Source: Acidimicrobiia bacterium (GTDB lineage Bacteria; Actinomycetota; Acidimicrobiia; Spongiisociales; Spongiisociaceae). Taken from it: DNA of 64,000 nt. This document shows, piece after piece, positions 38,833-48,747 of this stretch. The stretch spans positions 2,833,388 through 2,897,387 of the forward strand of contig OZ246890.1 of assembly GCA_965231815.1 (NCBI GenBank), in the 5' to 3' direction. Position numbers and translations under genes: made by a program. The notes under the pieces were generated by a model. The model ran no database searches, was not told the DNA's origin, and saw nothing but the letters and a program-made list of their open reading frames with translations. Numbering within the stretch: position 1 is the first letter of the stretch; each line of letters begins with the position of its first letter.

Positions 38833-39284
38833 CCTAACATCGATCCACGGGGAGTTCCCTGGCCTGGCACCTAACCCGCGAACTCAAAACCCCACAACAC
38901 GCGAATACCCCGTTACCCCGTCCCACGCAATCGCTTCGGCAATAATAAGGGTCATGACGCCGAAGCCCAAGCGGATTGTGAAGCACGGGGCACCAACGAA
39001 CGATCTGGTGTTCAGCGCGAGCGCGGACGGCAACGAACGGGTCTTCCCCCGCATCCTGGACCTTTTGTCGAGCGCACGCTGGATGTCTCTCTCAGACAGA
39101 CCATGGCGGAACGCAGACCGCGAGAACCGGGGCATGAAAACGAAGGCTAGCGGCCCTGGCGGCGGCGCCCCCAAGCCCTAACCTGCGAACTCGACAACCC
39201 CAACACGCGAATACCCTCGGGCGGGGACGAGCGACCCACAGGTCAACCCCAGCTTCCTTACGCCCAGCCGGCTTCTCCGTTAGG

Positions 39285-42200
39285 TCAGCCGGCGGGGTGT
39301 GGGTCGTCTGGGGGCAGGGAGGGGGGCAACCCGTCGACGGTGCGGACGGTGCGGACGGACACGGTGATCAGCCTGCATAGGTGTTCGATCAGGTTGTAGG
39401 GCTGGTTTGCCCAGGTGTGCCACCGGTTCGGGTCGCGGGTGATCCCGCTCGTTTTGTCATGGGTAGCCCGTAGACGGTCGATGGCCCAGCCGAGCGGGGT
39501 TTTCCCGTTGATCACATACTCGTGCGCTTCCGGGGGGATGTTTTCGATTCGGCACCGGTCGTTGACCACGAGCACGCTCAGGTCGTTGGTGAGTTTCTTG
39601 TCTTCGCCGCGGGTTCTGGCCCACCGTATCGGCTTGTGGATACGGTACACGTCGGGGCTGTCACGGTCCGGGTCGGCCGCCTGCCCGTCTACCAGCACTC
39701 GCACATGCGGATACGGTTCGCAGATTTCGTAGCCGACGTGTAGGTCGATCAGCTCCCGGCCCGCCTGGGCGAACGGCCAGAAGTCGTCGGTGTAGGGGAT
39801 ACGGGGTAGACCTTTGCGTAGATCGTTCGCGTATCTGGTTCGCCAGTCGGGGGCGTGCATCACTCCGTATATGTATGCCCAGATGTGGTCTTTGGTGATG
39901 GCAGGGTCCTGGTAGCGGCTGCGGAACTGGTTGAGGCACCAGTCGGTGATGTTGTCCACCCGGCCTTGGTCGTCGGGCCGGTCGCCGGTGGGGTCTAGGT
40001 CCCCCAAGTCCAGCATCGGAGTAGTGCCGGCGTTCATCGGCTGGTCTCCTTCGGATACGTGTACCGGGGGAACGCTTGTCCGTTGCCCATGAATTGGATG
40101 TCCGGAGGGATGTCGCTTATCAACGTCGAGAAGGGGCCTTTCCAGCCTGGTCCGGTCATGCTGATCACCTGATTCATCCGGTCGGGTGGGTGTATCGGGG
40201 GAACGCTTGTCCGCCTGACAGCAGATGCAGGTCCGGGGGACAGTCGCTGACGAGTGTTGAGAACCCGACCGATGCTCCCGGCCCGGTGATGTAGATGACC
40301 TGGTCGGTCGGTCGGTCGGTCGGTCGGTCGGTCGGTCGGTCGGTCGGTCGGTCGGTCGGATTATGATAGGAGGTTCTTGGCATCACCTGACCTTTGGACA
40401 CCAGCTCCAGGTCCGGTGCTGTGTCCGTCACCACCGTCGAGAACTCACGGGTCGATCCCCTCCCCGCTACGACTATCGCCTGGTTAGCGCCGTCGGGACG
40501 GTGAGGGAACATGAGCGGGACACGGTAGACCCGAGTGATGAACAGCGGGTCGTAGTAGAGCCACATCTTGGTGAACGGTCGGTAGTGGACTTCCCGAATG
40601 TTCCGTTCGTCGTAGGTGGCGGGCAGGCCGCGTCGTAGCGGTCGTCGCAGGTCACCCGTCCATTTGATGACATGTGGTCTGACGTTTCGGGTGGCTTGTT
40701 CGACTGTCGCCTCCCCGGTGCTCACACGGTGTCGTTGGTGTTCGTATTCGTCGACCATTGCTTCGGCCCGTTCTTCCAGACCGTCCTTGTCGTAGTCGTA
40801 CATATATGGGTCGCGACCGGTCGCGAGGCCGAGCGAGTAGATGTGGAACACGGTCGGGGAGTCAGCGCCCGATCCGGCCGACCCGCGCAGGGCTGCCTGT
40901 TTGGTGGTCTTGTCCCCGAGTGGCATTAGGTGTTGCCAGGTGGGGTCGGATTGGTTGATCCAGTCGTGGTTGCTGTCGGGTTTGATCCGTTGCCAGCCTT
41001 CCCCGTCGCCGCTCGTCGGCGCATGCCCCATGTCTTGGAGGGCCTGTTTTTCTGCTCTGCGGTCAGGTAGTCGCCAACATCGTGGTACCAGATGCGGGAT
41101 TGGCCGTCGGGATGTGGCTGCTGGGGGTGTTTGATCAGTACGGATACGAGTATGCCCACCCTCGTGCTGCTGCCGAAGACGTTGCCCTTTTCCCGCCTCC
41201 TGGCTTCTCCGGAGAGGCGGGCGTCGCCGCGTAGGTTGAGTAGGTACAGGCTGTGGTATTCGTCGGCTAGGCAGGCGCGCATGCCTGATTCGGCGTTGCC
41301 GTCGAGGTAGCCGTTGGGTGTGACGAAAGCGACGATGCCTTGGTCGCCGATGCGGTCGGTCGCCCACCTGATCGCCAGCTTGTACAGGTCCATCAGTTGC
41401 CTGCGGTTCTGGGTCTTGCTTTTCGCTGCGTAGGTGTCGCGGATGCGTTCCCGCAGTTGTGGGTAGACGATGTTGGGGTTGTCCTCAGCAGCGGATCTCT
41501 GTCCTGCGGACCAGGGCGGGTTCCCGACTATGATGTCGATGCGTTGGCCGGCTTGTTGTTCGGCCCGTCGGCTGTTGCCTGACAGGGTGTCGAACTGTTG
41601 CTGGTCGGGTTGGCTGTAGAACGTATCGCAGAGGACGATGCCTGCGAATGGCTTGTAGTCGCTATGTGGTAGTCGTTGGCGCCGTCCTTCTTCGATTTTG
41701 ACGGCGGCGATCTAGTAGGCCAACAGCAGCATTTCGTTGGCGTATATCTCGGCTGTGTATTTGCGGTCCAGGTCTTCGCCTGTGATAAGCGGCCGGCCGT
41801 TGCTGTCGTTGATGGTGAGTAGCCGGTTGATGAAGGTGCCGGTTCCGGTGAACGGGTCCAACACATGAACGTCGGGGTCTGATAGGGCCTTGCCGAAGTG
41901 GTGCTGGGAGAGCCGGTCGGCTGATCGGAGAACATAGTCCACCACCTTGATGGGGGTGTAGGCGACGCCGAGCCGGTCGGTTTCCCGTTTCATGCCTTTC
42001 GCGAAGAACGATTCGTACAGTTCGAGCAGGATTTTGAGGCGGCCTTCGGGGTCGGTGACCTGGCGGACCCGTTCGGTCACGCTGTCGTATAGGCGGTCGA
42101 GGCGGGCGGTGTCGGCTCGGATGTGGTCCCGGTCCAGCGTGTCCACCATCTGGTTCAACGCAGCAACAACCGGGTTGAGGGAAGCGAACGCGGCGGAGCC

Positions 42201-44588
42201 GAACAGGGCGTTGAACACGGGCAGCGTGACTATGTGGCAGGCCAACATGTCGACGAGGTCGGCTTCTTGTAGGTGTTCGTTGATCGTCTGACGCATCTCT
42301 GTGAGGAACCGTCCGAACGCTTCCGCAGTGTGCGGACGGGATCTGATGAGTCGGCTGATGCGGGCTGCGACGGTTCGGGTGACTTCTCCTACGTCGTCCC
42401 CCCAAGTCGCCCAATACGTGCGGTCCCCGCAGATTTCGACCAGCGCCGACGCGATTTCGGAGTTCATGGGGAGGGTCATCTGCGCAACGGTGGCAGGGTC
42501 CAACTCCCCACCGTTATCCGTGCCGTCGTCGTCGCCGTCGTCGCCGTCGTCGGTGCCGCCTATGACGTTTATGGGTGGTTTGCCGCCTTTGTCGGCGGTG
42601 TTGACCCACGCGTTCATCCGTTCGTCGTGGGATCGTAACGCCCGGATCACGTCCCAGACTGGCTTGAACCTTGGGCTGCGCAGAACGGCGTCGTCGATAC
42701 GGGTTTTCCCTTCGGGCAGGATGACGGGCAGGATGATGTAACCGCGTTCTTTCCCCGCGGCGGTTCGCATGACCCGTCCGACGGCCTGGACGATGTCGAC
42801 GATCGATCTGCGGGGGGCTAGGAACAGCACCGCGTCGAGGGCGGGCACGTCGACGCCTTCGGACAGGCAGCGGGCATTGGACACGACCCGGCACCGGCCG
42901 TCGGGGATGTCGGATTGAAGGTCGGCGATGGCGGTGGCCCGTTCCGACGCCCGTGTGGTTCCGTCCACATGGGTCACGTCCAACCCCAGCCGGCCGTTGT
43001 CGGCGCCGGAGGGTCGCTGTTCCGTGTATCCGTCGATGACGGGTTCCCACAGGCGGGAGAGCTGCCGCGACGCTTTGATGGTGTTCTGGAACGCTATAGC
43101 CCGTTTCACGGCACGGCCGGGGTTCGGGTTGGTCTGGCCGGTGCGCCGACCGTGGCCGGGTCCGCGGGAGAGCGGGTCGGCCATCGCGTCCCAGCAGCCC
43201 AGCATGGCCACCACATCGTCCGCTCGGATTTCTTCTCCGTGGTCCAGCTGGAGGGTGTTGACAACGTTGTCGGCCAGGTCGCCGTAAAGGCCCCGGTCGA
43301 CTGCGACTATCGCTACCTGATAGTCCGACAGCCATCCCCCATCGACTGCGGCCTTGAATGACATCTCATAGAACACGTCCCCGAACACGTTCGGGTCGTC
43401 CATCGAGAACACTGCGATGTCCTTCGAGCGGGCATTCCGTCTGGCCTGTGGGGTGTACAGGCGGGGCGTGGCGGTCATGTACAGACGGCGGTGTGCCCGT
43501 ATCTTCTGGTTGTCATGCACGAGGGTGAACGGGCTGACACCTTTCGTGGCGGTTTCGACTCCGGTGGTGCGGTGCGCTTCGTCACATACGACCAGATCGA
43601 ACACCGCTCCGGACTGCTGCTGCGCCGTGGCGACCCGGTCGAGTGACTGATATGTGGAGAACACCACCGTGGTCGCCCCGCCGCGGGTGGGGTTAGTGAG
43701 GGCTTGGGCTATATCTTCGGGGTCGGTAGTGACCGGAATCGACAGCTCAGTCAAATCCGACGACTCCGCGCCGCCCCGTTTCCCCGCGGTCCGATCCGAG
43801 CAGACACCCACATATGTTTGGACGGTGCGCCGCTGCGCCGCCCATTCCCGCATCGTCTGCCCCAGCAGCGAAATGGACGGGACCACATACAACACCGTCC
43901 CATCTGCGGGGACGGTCTGTTCGGCGATCCAAAGCGTCACCACGGATTTGCCTGTCCCACAAGGAAGGATCATCTGTCCCCTGCCGGCGCCAGCGTCGAA
44001 ACCGGCCACCACCGCGTCTATGGCGTCCTGCTGGTAGGGGTGCGGTTCGTACAGCACCCCCGGGATCGGGGCACGGTCGGGATCAGCAGCAAGTTCGGTC
44101 CAGGGAACCGGCCACTGCGCCAGATCCCCGTGATACAGCACACGGCATCCCGCCCCCTTCAGCTTCTTCGCCCCGGCCCGGGTAACCGGCGGAGAAGCCC
44201 GCGACGTCGAAATGAACATGCGATGCTGGAACCGGGCTGTGTTCGCTTTCGCCAAATACGAGTCCACATCCGCTTCCGGTGCGCGGGCGTCCCGATAGCA
44301 TTTCGTCTGGATCGCCCACCGGTCCCCGTCAGTGTCTGTCGCTATCAGGTCGATGCCCGAATCGGGACCGTCCCGTCCTTCCCACTCCCCCCAGGGAACC
44401 ACCTGGGTGAACCGGCCGCGGAACTCGCCCGGATGCTCTAGCAGCACCCGACACATCAACCGCTCGAACCTTCCGCCCACCCCACGCTGCGACGACGCCG
44501 ACCGCCGTATCGTCTCCAACGCCGCGTCCAGACCCGACAACGGTGGGACCAGCCGTTTCGACAGCCGCACCGCACCCATGTCACTCAT
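39285..44588 (-). pseudogene. disrupted Type ISP-like restriction-modification gene (Mrr-like nuclease - SF2 helicase/translocase - gamma-class N6A methyltransferase - C-terminal TRD)
   Basis: Nuclease motif (GIDLIA...WAIQTKCY) and helicase motifs (GTGKS; VVCDEAHRTTG). MTase motif I (VLDPFTGTGTF) lies before an in-frame TAG at 41709-41711, and motif IV (IIVGNPPWSAG) lies after it. There is a frameshift at a T5/A5 run near 41046-41050. A (GGTC)14 tract lies at 40302-40357. Three degenerate ~114-nt coding repeats follow (FSTxVxDxxPDLxLxSxGQxxPRY), with 1-nt frameshifts near 40180 and 40050. The C-terminal fragment (YIYGVMHAPDWRTRYANDLRKGLPRIPY) is typical of Type IIG/ISP enzymes. Confidence 0.7.
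40302..40357. repeat. (GGTC)14 tetranucleotide simple-sequence repeat inside the R-M coding region
   Basis: 14 uninterrupted GGTC units, read as (PTDR)n on the minus strand. Unit gain or loss changes the downstream reading frame. Confidence 0.85.
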
Positions 44589-44649
44589 CGTCGGTCGCTC
44601 CCCTCTGTTCGGCTAGCTTGGTCGGGTTGTTACCCACAGCGATCTGTAT

Positions 44650-45063
44650 CTGCCCCTGCACACCAGCGACGCCCGGCGATATCAACAGTTACCATCCCCA
44701 GCCAGGACCAGGTACCGTACTCGGCGCCCGGACGCTCGCAGAGCATTCGAGGGACGACCCCGAACGCTACACCAGCGCCAAGTCTCGCAGAAACTACGCC
44801 GGAACGTCGCCCATCACAGTCGCATCAGGCCGCAAACACGCCGTGGTCGCCCGCCACGTCCGCAACCGGAGACTCCACAACGCCCTCGACCAATAGGCGT
44901 TCTGTTCCCTAAACAACAGCCCAGACACCCGAACCTTCCTACGACCAAAACGAGCAGCCGACAACCTCCACCACCAAACACTACGAGCCCTCGCCAACCG
45001 ACTCGTAGGAACCCTCCACGGCTGCCTCAAACACCAAACCCCCTACAACGAACACACCGCCTA
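44650..45063 (+). pseudogene. IS110-family transposase C-terminal remnant with internal stop
   Basis: ...PGPGTVLGARTLAEHSRDDPERYTSAKSRRNYAGTSPITVASGRKHAVVARHVRNRRLHNALDQ*AFCSLNNSPDTRTFLRPKRAADNLHHQTLRALANRLVGTLHGCLK matches the conserved IS110 C-terminal region. The N-terminal DEDD half is absent. Confidence 0.5.
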
Positions 45064-45120
45064 GACACACCGAACCACCATCGACCAAACCGCAGCTTCA
45101 CATTTACACTCCTGGGGTGT

Positions 45121-45330
45121 CTAGCCCTGATTATTCAGGCTTCCCACACACGGGGGCATGTAACGCCAGTTCAACCCGAGTATTGGGGGAAACCCGCCGT
45201 TCACCCTGCAGGTGAATATCTATACCGGGCCGGGATGGGAAACGTCGATAGCTGTATTCCCTGGTCAGGGTACGAGTATGGTCTACTCCGCTCATCCTCC
45301 AAACCCCCGTCCATGAATAATCGGGGCTAG
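45121..45330 (-). mobile_element. full-length CTAG-terminated MITE-like element (family R1) with ~19-bp terminal inverted repeats
   Basis: Read on the minus strand, it runs from CTAGCCCCGATTATTCATGG through ~170 nt to CCTGAATAATCAGGGCTAG. The terminal inverted repeats are 17/19 identical. Confidence 0.5.
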
Positions 45331-45346
45331 AGGCGACTTACGTCTA

Positions 45347-45700
45347 CGACCCGGCAAACTTCACAACTGCTTACGGTACGCACGTAGCGGTGGTGGATGT
45401 GGATGTTGACACCGGCAAGATCGACCGGGTCAAGTACGTGGTGGTGGACAATTGCGGCACCATAATCAATCCGTTGCTGGTGGAGGGCCAGATACACGGA
45501 GCACTCGCGCAGGGCCTCGGATGTGCCGCTCGAGGAGTTCGTCTACGACGACGAAACCGGGCAGCTTCTCTCCTCGGCTCTGATGGATTACTTGCTGCCG
45601 TCTTTCACGGACCTGCCCGACTTCGAGACACATCACCTGGAAACCCCGTCACTCCACACCGAAGGCGGGTTCAAAGGTATGGGTTAAGCAGGGTGTTTAC
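45347..45700 (+). pseudogene. frameshifted C-terminal fragment of a molybdopterin dehydrogenase large subunit (CoxL/XdhA family)
   Basis: VDVDTGKIDRVKYVVVDNCGTIINPLLVEGQIHGALAQGLG, then in another frame EEFVYDDETGQLLSSALMDYLLPSFTDLPDFETHHLETPSLHTEGGFKGMG. Only ~110 codons remain, directly abutting the MITE. Confidence 0.45.
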
Positions 45701-46214
45701 CGTCTCTAGCGGCGCTGACCAACGCGGTTAGCGCCGACCTCTCCCACCTCGGTATCGAAGCGAACTAGACGCCGGTGACTCCTAGCCGGTTGCGGGCGGA
45801 TGAGGTCAAGGGCGCTCTAAGATGGCGGCCAAGCCTTGACCACCCTCGATGGTGGTAGAACCCGGCTCGTAGGAGTCGATCTTGCTGAGCGAGCCTCCGT
45901 ACGTTCTTATGGCAGTCCGAGCCGCCCCGACCACTGCGGCAGGATCCACATCAAGCATTCCGTTCCTTTGTGCGCTCATTTTTCTTTTTCGTTACCGGAC
46001 CCAGGATATTCGGTGGACTTGCACCGCATCGTGTAACCGGCCCTCCCTTGCGACGTTTGATTCATGTGACACGAAAGGCGGAAGGCGGCGGCGCACAGGC
46101 CCGGGTTGTCGTGTGCTGTCCGTTGGCCCTGATGGCCACAACGGTCCTTCCGCTGTCTCCGTTTCATCATGGTCGTTGAGTACAGCCGCCGGGTTGTGTA
46201 ATCTCAAATGCCAC

Positions 46215-48707
46215 ATGACCAAGAAGACACCCACCCGCAGGGCAGCGGGGCGGAGGCGGGTGTCAAAAGTACATGCCGGCAGTCCGGGCAAAAGATCACG
46301 GGCCAAGGTTGCCGCCGGCTCCAAGCGTACGCAACGGAGCGGCAACGGAACGCGCCCGTCCGGGCCCCGACTGGTTAGCCAACCGGCAACTCGGCCCTCG
46401 GAAACGCGATCGAATGCAGCAGGGGGCCTCTTTGATCGTATCCGCTTCAGTTTCGGTCGCCAGACCCACAATATGGTCGGATTGGCCCTCGCTATGGTCG
46501 GTCTGTTGACGGTGATCGCCTTCTTCGGAGGCGCCGGTCCGGTCGGACGGTGGTTACTGGGGGTTCTACGCTTTCTGGTCGGGGTTTGGGTCTACGTTCT
46601 GCCCGCCCTGTTCATCGGTATCGGCGGCGTGTTGCTGCTCGGTCGTCATCGTGATGACTTTCGCCGGGTTCTGGTCGGTTCCGCTCTATCCTTGGGCGGC
46701 GGGGTGGGTCTGTTCCACCTGATCATGGGGGGCGCCGCGCTGGCCGGCAACAGCGAGGTCGTCCGGAGCGCAGGTGGCGCGATCGGATCACTCGTAGCGT
46801 TTCCGCTGCAACGCCTACTCGGGTTCTGGGGGGCGTTCCTGGTGGTCTCGATGCTCACCGCGCTAGGGATCATGATCGTGACGAGGGCATCGATCAGGGA
46901 GGTGATGGTTGCGGCCGGTGGTCTGACACGATACGGCGCCGGATACCTCCGAGCGAGGTGGGTGGCGCGGCGCGCGGCGCGATCCGCAAATAGACCTCCG
47001 GCCAAGAGGCCGCGCGCTCCCGGCGCACGCACTCGCAGAGTGGCGCGCCGTCCTCCGAAGGTTAAGGCGCCCTCCGTTCCGCCTGATCGTCGATCGCCCC
47101 CCGGTGACGAAGTAAAGGAGGAGAAAGCTACCGTCCATGCGGAGGGTCGGATGGCCCAGGTAGTTCGGTTACCCAAACGACCGGCCCCGCCTGCGAGTCC
47201 TGACGGAGATGGCGACCATGATGACACCCCGCCCCCAACCCCCCATCCGGTAGACAACGATGAGGGTTATTCCTTTCCGCCCGTGTCGCTGCTCGAGCGC
47301 GGCGGAAAGGAACGTCAGACCAGGGAAGGGCTTGACGAGACGGCTCGCCAACTTGATAACACACTGCGTCATCACAAGGTGGGTGCCCGCATAACCAACG
47401 TCGTGCCGGGTCCTACCGTGACCCGTTTCGAAATCGAACTGGAACCAGGGGTCAAGGTATCACGGGTTACCAACCTTTCCGGAGATATCGCCTACGCGCT
47501 GGCTACCCCGGATGTCCGGCTGCTGGCCCCGATTCCGGGCCGCTCGGCGATCGGTGTAGAGGTGCCTAATCGGGTTCGGCGCTTGGTTACCTTGGGGGAT
47601 GTTCTATCGTCGCCGGAAGCAGCCAAGCATCGCCATTCCCTGGCTGTAGGGTTGGGTGAGGATATCTCGGGCAAGCCGGTCCTGCTCAACCTGGCGGAGC
47701 TACCACATGTCCTGATTGCGGGCGCTACCGGGGCAGGTAAGTCATCCTGCATCAATTCGATCGTCACCAGCATCTTGATGCGTACGGATCCTGAGGATGT
47801 TCGACTGATAATGGTCGATCCCAAGCGGGTCGAACTCGGCCAGTACAACGGGGTGCCCCACCTCCTTACTCAGGTTATATCGAAACCGAAGAGGGCCTTG
47901 GAGGCTTTGGAATGGGCGGTGTCCGAAATGGACCGTCGCTACGACCTGCTGGCGGAGGCGGGAGTTCGTGATATCGACAGCTATCGCAACCGGCTTGAGG
48001 ATGGCGAGCTAGCCGAGGAGCGGTTCGATCGTTTTCCGTTCCTCGTGGTCCTGATCGATGAGTTGAACGACCTGATGATGGTGGCTGGACGGGCGGTGGA
48101 GAGCGCCATCGTTCGGATCGCCCAGATGGCCCGGGCGGTAGGAATCCATCTGGTGATCGCGACCCAGCGACCCTCGGTCAACGTCATAACCGGAGTTATC
48201 AAGGCGAACGTTCCCAGCCGACTCGCTTTCTCGGTTGCTTCCCAGACAGATTCGCGGGTGATCATCGATACGATCGGCGCCGACAAGCTGGTTGGCATGG
48301 GCGACATGTTGGTGGTGACAGCTCTCGAGCCTCGCGCCAAGCGGGTTCAAGGCGCCTGGGTTAGCGAAGCGGAGGTCTCGGCCGTGGTGGACTGGGTAAA
48401 GGCCCAGAAGGAGGTCGAGTACCGTCGCATCTCGGAAGAGGTATCGGTAGAACGCCGAGCTAACGCCGAGGAACTGGACGGGGAGGATGCTGATCTGGTC
48501 AAGAGGGCTACCGAGTTGGTGGTTCGCTCGCAGCTTGGTTCTACTTCGATGTTGCAGAGGAGGTTACGGATCGGTTTCGCCCGAGCCGGTCGAATAATGG
48601 ACATTCTCGAGCAGAAGGGGATCGTCGGGCCTTCCGAGGGTTCCAAGGCTCGTACGGTATTGGTAACGATCGAGGAGTTCGAGAACCCGGAAGGTAGTCC
48701 GGTCTGA
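46215..48707 (+). CDS. ftsK: DNA translocase FtsK/SpoIIIE
   Basis: N-terminal TM helices, an R/P-rich linker, and a motor domain with Walker A (LIAGATGAGKSSCINS), FtsK alpha/beta motifs and a C-terminal gamma domain. Start set at MTKKTPTRR (the upstream 111 codons lack coding signal). Confidence 0.85.
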   Translation: MTKKTPTRRAAGRRRVSKVHAGSPGKRSRAKVAAGSKRTQRSGNGTRPSGPRLVSQPATRPSETRSNAAGGLFDRIRFSFGRQTHNMVGLALAMVGLLTVIAFFGGAGPVGRWLLGVLRFLVGVWVYVLPALFIGIGGVLLLGRHRDDFRRVLVGSALSLGGGVGLFHLIMGGAALAGNSEVVRSAGGAIGSLVAFPLQRLLGFWGAFLVVSMLTALGIMIVTRASIREVMVAAGGLTRYGAGYLRARWVARRAARSANRPPAKRPRAPGARTRRVARRPPKVKAPSVPPDRRSPPGDEVKEEKATVHAEGRMAQVVRLPKRPAPPASPDGDGDHDDTPPPTPHPVDNDEGYSFPPVSLLERGGKERQTREGLDETARQLDNTLRHHKVGARITNVVPGPTVTRFEIELEPGVKVSRVTNLSGDIAYALATPDVRLLAPIPGRSAIGVEVPNRVRRLVTLGDVLSSPEAAKHRHSLAVGLGEDISGKPVLLNLAELPHVLIAGATGAGKSSCINSIVTSILMRTDPEDVRLIMVDPKRVELGQYNGVPHLLTQVISKPKRALEALEWAVSEMDRRYDLLAEAGVRDIDSYRNRLEDGELAEERFDRFPFLVVLIDELNDLMMVAGRAVESAIVRIAQMARAVGIHLVIATQRPSVNVITGVIKANVPSRLAFSVASQTDSRVIIDTIGADKLVGMGDMLVVTALEPRAKRVQGAWVSEAEVSAVVDWVKAQKEVEYRRISEEVSVERRANAEELDGEDADLVKRATELVVRSQLGSTSMLQRRLRIGFARAGRIMDILEQKGIVGPSEGSKARTVLVTIEEFENPEGSPV

Positions 48708-48747
48708 GGCATCCCCGACCTGACCGGGGACCGCTTATCATGGAGGG

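Noticed and set aside
40302-40357. Short tandem repeat array as CRISPR
   Set aside because: 4-nt units without spacers; it is a simple-sequence repeat inside a coding region.
45882-46214. Extended N-terminus of FtsK (111 extra codons)
   Set aside because: The upstream region has low coding potential (Cys/Arg/Ser-rich, no TM segment), and a typical MTKK… start with TM helices follows.
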